Shown here: piece after piece, positions 13,401 through 25,400 of the stretch
How positions within the stretch are numbered: position 1 is the first letter of the stretch
Layout: each line of letters starts with the position of its first letter
Origin: Bugula neritina
Taxonomy: Eukaryota > Animalia > Bryozoa
Direction of reading: 5' to 3'
DNA: 64,000 nt
NCBI GenBank assembly: GCA_964035545.1
Contig: OZ037771.1
Span: forward strand, 4,165,628-4,229,627
Made by a program: the position numbers and the translations under genes
Notes under the pieces: generated by a model
The model's input: the letters and a program-made list of their open reading frames with translations, nothing else
What the model was told of the DNA's origin: nothing
Databases searched by the model: none

Positions 13401-16400
13401 ACGTCTGCTGATGAAAGATGGTTACCATCTTGAGCGCCGTTATTTATATCATCGTACAATGCTTGTTCTGCTTCTTCATAAAAGGCAGAATTCACCTTCC
13501 CACTTCGCTCTTGCACCTCGTCGTAAACCTCTAACTGAGAGTCGACTCGTGGTGCCACCTGTGGGGCATCATTTATGTCCAAGTAGAGTTCTTGATCTTC
13601 CTGTAATAGCAATAGCCCTACAGTGTCATAGCGGGTGGCTATTAGCCTCCCCCTCAGCTGCAGGCATCAGTGTGAGGGGTAGAGAGGCTAGTGTTCAAGT
13701 TCTTCATTATCAATCAAATCGGTTTACTTAGCTGCTATGTTAATTTATTCAATTTTATTTCCTAAAGAGTTGGGAAGTACAAGTATACTTTGTAGTTGTT
13801 AGATGTTGAAGTTAGAATAGAGTTTGTATGTCTTACTGTTTGCTGTGAAAGTGGTTTTCCTTGATTGTTATTGTATGTTGGTGTCTGTTTGTAATTTTCA
13901 TATATCTCCTCATTGGGGTTGCTGGAAAGGGTGATAAAGTATTAGTTTTATTTGCATAACAATTTTACATGTCTGACTGAAGGAATGTATTCTGGTTGTT
14001 TTGCCAACCACCATGTATGAAACAGCATTGTGGGAATAAGCAGTGTAAATGCCAACTGTTTTAATGCAACTCTATAAAGATTTTCTTATAACTCACAACT
14101 GTTGGAAGTATCCACCCCTGTAAGACCCCCTCATTACAATGGTTCATAAGTAGGCTAAGGATTGTGCCTCTTACCATGCTGGCAACATGGTTTGAGGGAT
14201 TTTATTATGCCACAGGAAAAAATAATAGGATATGACGCTCTTCCTGGCATTACCAATAGCCTGGGCTTGAGTTCATGGGTTGCAGGGTTAAAGGGCACAT
14301 ATATCACACTAGGCCTATGCTCTAGTCACTGGGCTACAGGCTAACCATCAGGAGTCTATTAGGTCATTACTGTATAAAACTTTTCTTATGTAGCAGAATA
14401 AAATTTCACCAACTACCATATTCATTATAACTAACATTAACAAGGTTAGCAATATTTTGACTGAAAAACTAAAATATTAGGTAAACAGGGACTGACCTTT
14501 TATCGTTAGAACTGTCCGGTTCTCTCTAAAATACCAAATTTAGTTTAAATAACATGAGATGATAATAATGCAGTTTATATTTAGGAGTTTTCTTCTCTTA
14601 TAGTTTTTAGGCAACTCCTGAATATAAAACAAACTTTGAGCCTTTCTAAAGAATATTTGACTATTTCTAGTTCAATTGAGTGAACACTCAGCAGTTAGTT
14701 GAGTTAGTTAAGTTAGAAATCATTTATTGCAGCATCTTTTGATTTTCTGTCATAGACCCTTTTCAGAGGTCCCCAATGTTCCTCCTTACAATTAAGAGTT
14801 GTGTCCTCCCAAAATGAAATTTGTTGAGTAAAATAGGCTTGAACTCATTTTTGTGGATTTGGTTGCTGAGCAATGCTTAAGTTTCACTTTAGCATTGCTC
14901 AGTAACCAAAACTACATAAATGCTTTCAAGATTATTTTTGTCAAAATTATCCATGAAGAAATATTTTTAAAAATATTTTTGAACTGCTAATATGTGTGCT
15001 TATACGAAAATATCTATTTCCTAAAATTACAATTCTATAGCATAATTAGAATTCTAAGTAGCAGCCAAACTTTAAATTTTTAATGAGTTTACTCTTTATA
15101 TAAAGGTTCAACCTATTCCCTTTGGGAGGACACAACTCTTAATTGTAAAGGGGGTATTAGGGACCTCTGTAAAAGGTCTATTGGTGTTATAAAAGCTATC
15201 AATGAGTACTAAATTATTTCAGTGTGTTTTTATCATTTTGTTTAAACCAAGGAAAATAGTTTGTAAATCTGTTTAAATAACTCACCATTAACAAAGATTA
15301 TCTGCAATTAAACAAAGTATTGTATCCAAGTTTAAAAACATTACCTGCGTAGGTGTGGGCTTATGTTCAGTGTGCCCAGCACCTGTAAGACCGACTTTTT
15401 CTAGCTGACGTGTAGGCTCTAAAGAAACAAATATCTGCAGTTGCAATAGAGAAACAAATATCTGCAGTCACTATAGAGAAACAAATATCTGAATTTACTA
15501 TAGAGAAACGAATATCTGCAGTTACTGTAAAGAAACAAATATCTGCAGTTCCTATAAAAGAGGTAATACTTGCAGTTGTAATAGAGAAACAAATATCTGC
15601 AGTTATTATAGAGAAACAAATATCTATAGACAAACTTATTTCATGGCCTAATGTGGAGATACAGAACAGTTTCAACAAATAAGAAGCAATCTTTCTATCA
15701 AGCAGAGTGCAGGTGCACTAAACTCACTTAGTTCCTTGTTAAGTTAGTTAAGATGAATTTAGAATGTATAGCAAACATACTGAAAGATATCGGCTAAACT
15801 CTAAGCTTATGAAAATATATTCCAATAATGATCATAGGTAGGTTTTTGTTTTGAGTGTTTTGTTAAAACACTGTTTTGTGAAAACACCGTTTTGTTGAAG
15901 TGTGGAATGCAATGGCTGCTAAGAAATACTTCTATTTTTCTTATCTACTTTTCTACGTAAAACAAACAATGTTTATTTGATCACTAGCTAAAAGAATAAA
16001 CTCGATTTGTAAAAACATGCTGCTAAACCCTAAGCCAATCATTTTCAGTAATGAATTAACCTCTAGGGCAACTCACTTCAGAAAATCATTGGCAAAATAA
16101 ATATTAAATTTATTTGAATGGTACAGATGGGCTGGAATATTGCCTAATCCTCAGTAATTTACTCCGGCAGTGATACCCACTGAACTGAAACTATAACCCT
16201 GGAAAGGACATCCGGTAGCTTTATAATGTAACCTCGCGTCCAAAGAGCAGCCATATTGGTGGATTGCTAGTTTCACTTTGAAGTAAGATTTTCGGGCAGT
16301 TTATCACGTGACCTGTTCATATTTTCACGTCAACTGGAGCCTCTTTTCGAGAAGTATTTTAATTTTAACCAGTTCGCCGCCATTATTAAATTTTCAATTG

Positions 16401-19400
16401 TCGTGGTTTGTCACTAATAATAAGCATTACTAACAATGGATACTTCTGAACACACTTATCACGCAGTTTCGAAAAGCCAAAGAACATCAGGATCACAGTT
16501 TTTTGCTTATAATTGCTTCAATTACTCAAATTCAGCGCGTTGATAGCAAAGACTAAGAGAGAAACACTTCATTTCACAGGTTCAGGTTGGGGTTAGTTCG
16601 AGTAATACTAGTACTTCTACTAATAGTAATACTAATACTATTACTAGTAGTAATACTTACACTAATACTAATAGTTATTAGTAATTGTATTCGTATCAAT
16701 TATTATGGTAAAGATGGTTTATGAATATATGGTAATGACTATACTTTTAGTTTGAGTCATAATGATGATCTAAATCTTAATTTATTGTAATTCAAATTGA
16801 CCAACTTTTTATAGCAATTACCCATTTACTTTTGGTCATTTCAATTTGAAGATTTAGCTATAAAACTGAACTACAACTTGAATTAGAGTCTAATTGTAAC
16901 ACTAACGCTATATAAGTATATAATAAAATATAGCCAAAGGCTTAAGTTTTGTTGACAAATAAATGATCCAAGGCAAAGTAGATCTTACACAAAATTGTAC
17001 TAGAAGTTGGCTAGTATTAGAATTTAGCAAAAGCTTTTTTATAAAAACATTATAATATGCAGCAAAAATCAATAGTTTGTATACTAAATTTACTTAGCTT
17101 TAGCTTTAAGTATTCATATATTTTTATTTTAGATTCCCTAACAAAATAAAGGATTTCGGCATGTGTAAGGAATGGTGGCAAGTGTCCAGGCGCTAAGAAG
17201 AACTATCAGAAACTGCAAAACTGTGCAGTAAACATTTCTATCCTCAGCATATTGACACCACTGGCCAAACTGGCAGGTTGCATGAAGGAGCTGTTCCATT
17301 AGCAGAGTTGGTTTCTACTCTATCTAGGCTTTTATTAGGTTCTGAACTATAGTGTAAAATTAGCATTCTTTCAAAGTTGTCCAAAAATTATATTTGTTAT
17401 GCAAGTTACTTTTAAAATTCTTTTTAGAAACCGGTTACATCACAGAATACGAATGTGAGTAAAAATTCTAGCAATGAAGATCTACCAATTTACAACAGTT
17501 TTAACAGCCATAATTAATTAGATTTGAATAATTGTCAAGTCATTTTTAAGAGAGAATTAGTATTTTCTTTTTGTGCAGCATACAGCATAGCAAGTTGAAT
17601 GTTTTTGGAGTACACCTGTGTTTTCTAAAAAGATTAAAAGCTTTTGAATTGTTTTACTGGCTTGATAACTTGAAATTATTAGAATGGTATTTTAGGATCA
17701 TTCTTACAGTGAAGGGGGAGATTGGTGGATACGATATTTTTGGCATTGAAAAGCATGCTATGGAAACTTCTACTGACATTGAGAACCACCACTCTACGTT
17801 ACTCAACCTCATTGTTGAAATATATTATGATTTATTTTAACACAATTTGTCTAAAATAAAAAAACTTGTTTTACATAACGTGAGCTGTCAACAGAGAAAT
17901 AATGAAAATGTTCTTTTTAGGAGTCAATAGTCTTTTTATTTATAGTTTTTATTTATATTACTTACATTATATATCAGGTTTTAAGTGATATCTACTTGCT
18001 TTTGTTGTTTTAAAGTAAAATATTTTTATAACAACTAACCTCATTTCTCTATTCTATAGCCAACAATTATTACCAGCAGCTAAATTTAAGTAGATGTTAT
18101 ATTATATACCAGGTTTTTACTTGATATCAACTTGCTTTTGTTGTTTCAAAAAAGAATATTTTTATAACTACCAGCTTTATTTCTTTATGTTATAGCCAAC
18201 CCTTATTACCAGCAGATAAAAATAGAGTACATTTTGGAATTATTCACTTGTGTAGTGTGATGCCAAAGGTTTTATAAATACTGCAAAATATAGTAATTTC
18301 CATTACTTTTACATTAGAAAGTAGGCGATGTCCAAAAATAAGAATTCTTCAATATGGCTGAATTATTAGGACGTTTAAAATCTACATTGGCCATTCCAGG
18401 GGATTATAGTTCAATGGTGATACCATTTGGAAGTTCTGTAACTAATCATGTGACATCTTATTGACCTCTACTAAAATATGTAATTATATAAATATATTAT
18501 TCTCAATACCTCTGAAGCCAGCTGCAAGTGTGTGTGACTTGTTTCCTTTTTCTGCTGCTTTCCCATTGGCTCCTCCTGCCCCTAGATTAGATATAGTTTA
18601 TTATATTATCATTTCATATGATTTTTTATCTCATGTTCAACAGTAATTCATAATATGATTGTCCTTCACTGTTTAAATAGGGCTACAGAGTTACAGGTTA
18701 GCCCAGTGTTTCACATCTCATCCTGAATGTCTACATATTTTGTGTTTAGATAGTATTTCAGTTCATCACTCAATGACTAATTAGATCTTCATGTAAAGGA
18801 CAGATCTACAAGCTCTATCTAACTTCAATTTCATTGGGTATTACAGTCCATAATGTTAAACTATGACAGCTATTGCTCTGTAGAAATTGTTCCCACCTGT
18901 TGAATTTGGGAGTGTTGATGATTTGCCATGGTTTTCCATTTGTATCACTTCTGGACCTGCATAACACAATATTCAATAGAATTAAATATAACCCTGACAG
19001 AAAAACACTAATTCCTAATGACATAAGGTTATTTAGTGCCTATATACTTTACAGTTTATGTGATATATAACTTATATAACTTAATTATAGTGTTCCTAAA
19101 GTGTTAATATCATTATGTATATAACTTTACAATAAGTAATTCATCACAAATTTTGTTGGGAAAGTCAATAAGATTAATTAACATGAATTTCAAATCCATG
19201 TTATGCCTCAAGTACACTAAGTAAACTACTAGTTGATTTCACCCCACAGTTTATTTTCAAAGTAGAAATAGATAATTTAATTTGCATGTCTAGGGACTGA
19301 AACAAAAACAACGTCACACCAACATAAGTTTATTGAAGCAGATAAATTTAACCTGCAGCAGGGTTTGGACTGTAAACATTTACTGCTGCTGTTTCTTCAA

Positions 19401-22400
19401 TGCTCTTTCCTTTCCATTGCCGTCTCTTTCTAAAATATAAATTAATATAAAATACAGTGTGTATTTTTTAGTATGTATATTTTGCCAAAAATTGTTTGAT
19501 TTTAATAACTGTGCAACTATTAGCACTATACAATATAATATTGTTTTTATATAAAAAAAAGTGTTATATATTATTGACTTGTAATAATTAAATTATTATT
19601 TAAAAACTTGACATTTTCATTGTCAATATAAAAGCAGTATTTTCTTATGGTACTCTAATTTTTTCGTGTCACTTAGGTTCTCTACTTGATAAAATTACTG
19701 TGACTGTCAGTACTATTACAGTAACTGTTGGTGTATTCTTGCAGTAACCATCAGTGTACTACTATTATACTGTCAGTGTACTATTGCAGTAACTGTCAGA
19801 GTAGTGTCCGACTAGCAGTTATTATGTAAATAAGCCATAGAGGGGAAAACTCCAAGCTCACCGCTGGAGCCTACTGCTTAGATCTTCTAATTCTAGACTG
19901 TGTTTAGTATACAACATCTGATTACACTCCAAACCCACAGACATAAACTCAATGTATGAAAGAAAGCAAAGTCACAATTGCCCTTATAAGAACTTCACAT
20001 GCTGTAACATTTGAAAATTTCACGAGGGTAGAAGTTTGCTGACTGACCTACCTCCATAATAAGTACACAAGAACTAGAATAGCTATTACTGCGATGCACA
20101 GGAACACAGCCAGCACAGGTGTGGCTACTCTGAATCCATCATACGCCTTTAAGTTACTGCTGCTCACATGTTGCGAAGTCAGCTGCGCTGTTGTAGGACC
20201 AGGCAGCGTGGTGGCTCCATCTGTGGTGGTTTCCAGGGTAGTAGTAGTTTCTAAGGTGGTAGTGGTTTCTAAGGTGGTAGTGGTTTCTAAGGTGGTAGTG
20301 GTTTCTAAGGTGGTAGTAGTTTCTACAGTAGTGGTGTTGGAGGAGGTGGTGTTGCTCAGAGAGTTGGTGGTGGTTCTTAGAGTGGGCAAAGAGGTGCTGA
20401 GGGATGTTGTGTTCTCTGCCATGTTAAAGCTGGTTAGACACTGTTCATATCCCCTTTGCTGAAGTCAGCTAGTTCTCTCACCTTATCTCCTCAAATCAGA
20501 ATCTATTAGTGGGCCTACAATGAAACAACTGTGACAGGCATATGTATTTGGTATTCTTATCTGCACCAATAGACTCTTGGGTGGAGAATTTCTTATCACA
20601 AAAATAGATACGGGAAGACCACTCACCTCTCAAACCCTGCCGCCAGTCAAACCTGGTTACTAAGGCTATATTACTTTGTCGCTCACACTGCACTTAGTTC
20701 CTCAATAAGATAAACTGATAATGTTGTACAAGCTACTGCCTTCTTGCGACTTCTCACCTGATGCTCTCTTTAGTCAACTATTGTTCAACTTTGTGAAAAC
20801 AAAATAACCTTACATAATGTTTGAATAAAAATATCTCATTTGTTAATGAAGTGAAAAGAAATGCAGTCTTGTGTAAATCTAAGAGGAAGTTGGCTTGTAT
20901 ACTCAATGCGAGTTTGTGAACCGCAATTTTTCAAGTAAGAAAATGATTATGGGTTGAGGCTAGAGTGTGCTGATACAACGCTGTTAGTTGGCTTAAAACT
21001 ATTCTGTGATATTTCTATAATTGTGTTTGCTAACTGTCATAGCAACCATTAGAACGTTATGAAGATGTTATATGGTCTATAGAGTTGTCTCCCTTTAAAT
21101 TTCAAGCTATTTTATGACTAATTGCACAGAAATATATTTGATGAACTCCATTATTTACTTCCAACATCAGATAGTTAAATTTCCATGCTTTTGTATAGTT
21201 TATATATCAACATTTAGCAAAATTCTTTATTATTTTATTAGCATCACTAGTCTGTATATTATATTAACAATAAACAGTATATTGACAATTATATTAACAA
21301 TAAATAGTTGTACATGACATTGTGTTCATGTATACTACTTACTGATATATTACTTAAAACTTCTAAATCAACTCATTTGATTGGCAGAACTGCTTCAAAC
21401 TGGCTGTATTTACACCAGAATTTGGATGCAAATATATAGTATCATCTCTGCCCTTCCCATCTAATGACACTGTCAGTGGCCATATTTAATACTTCCTGTA
21501 CTACAGCAGTTGACACTAAACTTTTATTCTATATACAGTTGCTGTAATGTTTTATGGCCATATTTATGAATTACCGCATATAGGCATTATATTATTCTCG
21601 TTGAAATATCTGTTGGCTTCAAATTTTAAGGTCAAAGTTTTGAGTTATAAATTTCTGAATAGCAACGGTGATCTTTAGCAATAATAAGCAACTAAATTAA
21701 ATTAATTCAAAGCAAGTTGAGTTTTTGTTAATAGGAAATATTTATACATTATTTTTATATTGAAAGATTATCAGCTAAAGGTATCAAAGTGAATTAAACT
21801 TTCAACTGACAAAAGTTATACATAATTTTATACATGGAAAGTCTCAAGTCAAATGTATGGCTCCTGCTTAGTAGAGTCAATATATTTTTGAGAAAAGAAC
21901 CAAATCTTGCTATTAGGTGCCATATTTATACGTTTATACTAGTTTGGAGCGTGGTTGCATGCAGACAACGTTTCATGCTGCAACTAATAGCTAGAACTAA
22001 AGCTATCTAGAGAACACCACACATCTGTTGACAGAACTCTAGTATGCTGTATGACTTTATGATGATAATGTGTTTGTAGGCTCTACCATACGTCTGTCTG
22101 CTCATAGTGATGCTCTTCTTCATATATGCTATCATAGCAATGCAGGTATGTTACCATAGCAATGCAGGTATGCTATCATAGCAATGCAGGTATGCTATCA
22201 TAGCAATGCAGGTATGTTATCATAGCAATGCAGGTGTGTTATCATAGCAATGCAGGTATGTTACCATAGCAATGCAGGTATGTTATCATAGCAATGCAGG
22301 TATGTTATCATAGCAATGCAGGTATGTTATAGCAATGCAGGTATGTTACCATAGCAATGCATGTACGTTATCATAGCAATGCAGGTATGTTATCATAGCA

Positions 22401-25400
22401 ATGCAGGTATGTTATAGCAATGCAGGTATGTTACCATAGCAATGCATGTACGTTATTATAGCAATACAGGTATGTTACCATAGCAATGCAGGTATGTTAT
22501 TATAGCAATGCAGGTACAATATTATAGCAATGCAGGTACTTTATTATAGCAATGCAGGTACTTTATTATAATAATGCAGGTACTTTATTATAGCAATGCA
22601 TGTACGTTATTATAGCAATGCAGGTATGTTATTATAGCAACAATGCAGGTACTTTATTATAGCAATGCATGTACGCTATCATACACACATATTTATAAGC
22701 TGTCTGGATATTCAAATCTGAGTTGAGTAGATCAAAAGGAAGTGTAACCATGGCAACTGTAATTCCAACACAAGTTCGCGAAATTAAATACTAAATGAAA
22801 AGGAGGTTCACAGGTGGAGAAAATTTCAGATATCAAAGTTTGTCAGTTTTGTGGCTCTGGCATTATACAACAGCCAAGCCAGACTTTTCTACTCAAGTAA
22901 CTAAAGCTGCTCAAGTCACTAAAGTTATTCAAGTCGTTGAAGTTGCACAAAACTTCAAAACAAATTTTATTTAAGTTTGCTAATGTAATTGATATCCGCT
23001 TTTATTATTTTCTGATTATGAGGAGATAACTTCTAGGGTGTTAATAGTGTATATTAGAGTTTGTAAACTAAATTAGATTCCATTTACACTGTCGCTATTT
23101 GCAGATATTTGGAAATATCAAGCTTGGAAAAGTGCCAGACTCAGCTATAAATAGACACAATAATTTCCAAAATATATTCAAGTCATTGATACTGCTGTTC
23201 AGGTATATATAATATACTTATATCTGCTTTTTTCTATAATATATAATATACTTATATCTGCAAGTTTCTATAATATATAATATATTTATATCTGCACATT
23301 TCTATTATTATTATTATTATTATATTGTGCTAACAGACACATCTGGTATTTAAATAAAATTCTCAATCCACACAGACCTTTACCATTACCTCCTACTATG
23401 AGCCAGTACATTGTACTCACTTGAATCTATAGTCGCCATCCTTGTGAGAATTCCTACTGAAGGTGGTTTTTTTTCAACAGGCTAAGGGCTTTTTCTCTAT
23501 TGTGAATGCCCTTCCTAACATCACCAATATGTCCTTTACTGGAATATGAACCACTAATCATGTAGGACGTATTTATTATATAATCCCATGCTATGTAATA
23601 TCTTGTAGTAACGTACACACCACACATGTACATATCACACAGTATGGATCAGAAAGTAAGTCATAGTGTGGCATAAGACAGAGTCTTACGTCTGTACACC
23701 AACTTACAAGAGTTCAAGGCCATTAGTGTTGGCTACAAAGGAGTAAGGGTGTGCATTTCCTGTTTTATCTCGTGATTATAATGGAGTTGCTGTTGGATGA
23801 CTCGTAGGTGCTGCACGGGGGAGGCGTGGCAGCTGATAATGTTGGCGTGTTTGGGAGATCAGGACTGTGAGGAGGGATCCCTTCTACCTAACGGGGAATG
23901 CGGCTCCAACTTTGCTTACATCTACTTCACTTCCTTCGTATTTCTCTCTTCCTTCCTTGTGAGTTCAATATATTGTATGGTATACTACATAGTATACAGT
24001 ATAATATATTACATAGTATACAGTATAATGTATTACATAGTATACAGTATAATATATTACATAGTTTGCAGTATAATATATTACATAGTATACAGTATAA
24101 TGTATTACATAATATACAGTATAATATATAATTACATGTATAATATTGCTGTTGTACACCAGTATTACTATCATACACTAAGATACAAATGATAAATAAA
24201 GTTTATATTGTTCAACTGACAATTTAATAATCAATTAAATGAATAGATATCCCTGATGTTGTTTATAAGCTATAATACTGATGAGATTCTATCACTATAA
24301 TATTTATTTATATAATTAAATAATTCAATACATAGTGTAAATGTAAACTGTACGTTGAAGTGTTTGTGTAATGTGTACGTGTAAAGTGTAACACTTTCTG
24401 TATGTGCAGATGCTGAACCTGTTTGTGGCAGTCATTATGGACAACTTTGATTACTTGACTAGAGATGCCTCTATACTCGGGCCCCATCATCTCGATGAGT
24501 TTATTAGGGGCTGGGCGGAGTACGACCCCGCTGCTACGTATGTTAATAAAGTTTCTAATCTATATTTTATTGAGTCAATAAAAACTGAAACGCTTGCACG
24601 ATCTCTAAGGTGTGCATTGTATTTTTGACTAAACAGTGTCATTATGTCATGAAGCCGCTGTTGAAATTTTCTACTTCCTGTATTGTAACTTTGCTATGGT
24701 TGCCATGGTTACAGGTCTCGTATTCACTACACTGACATGTACGAGATGCTGAAGAAAATGGAGCCTCCCGTTGGTTTTGGTAAAAACTGTCCTTACAGAT
24801 TTGCGTACAGAGTAAGTAATATGTCAGAGTAAGGAACAAGTCAGGCACAGTATTAAAATTTTTTTAGTAGTCTTAGTTCTTTAATTATTTGACCAATTTT
24901 GGTTTGGGGTCGGTTGAAATTCTTGTGAGAACATAACTTCTTTTGCTAAGTTTCTTACTTAGAACACATGCTTTTCTCAATTTCTCCATTACTGTACCTA
25001 CAACCTCTAATTATATGGGAATATTTGGTTATTGTGTTTAACTTGCATTACAGAAGTTGATCAGGATGAACATCCCAGTTAGTAAAAACCTTACAGTACA
25101 TTTCAGGACTACTTTATTTGCCCTCATCAGGGAAACTCTTCACATACAGTGTGGACCAGGTATGAATTCTTTAATTTGCTTAATAAATTTTGGTTTAAGA
25201 CGCAGGTTGAAATTCCCGCAAGAACTTAATTTCTTTTGCTTTATTTCTAATCTAGAACACAGGCTTTTCTCAATACCTCCGTTGCTGCACTTACTTTAGA
25301 ATTGCTTTTTGAAAGACTCGCTATCTTTTCCAAGTGTATAAATTGTTGCTTGTTCATGTTTAAAGCTGAAAAATAATTAAATGGCAAGCTAAAAATTTGT

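Noticed and set aside
13298-13600. Canonical ITAM/ITIM in the nested protein tail
   Set aside because: Tyr spacing and the -2/+3 residues do not fit YxxL/I-x6-8-YxxL/I or I/V/L/SxYxxL/V. I describe them only as generic SH2-ligand-like motifs.
14497-15301. Extra minus-strand mini-exons for the nested gene (16 nt at 15301-15286; 29 nt at 14525-14497)
   Set aside because: The splice signals are plausible, but each shifts the frame alone and together they read into TAA. One also requires a 43-nt intron. I left them out of the model.
20094-20462. Plus-strand Val-rich 122-aa ORF
   Set aside because: It is the antisense shadow of the Thr-rich exon of the nested gene.
22126-22682. CRISPR-like regular repeat appearance
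   Set aside because: The units are contiguous with no unique spacers, there are no cas genes, and the context is a eukaryotic intron.
24538-25053. Mutually exclusive 37a/37b-type EF-hand exons
   Set aside because: Only one 97-nt exon (24715-24811) is present, and no duplicate is visible in the short flanking introns.
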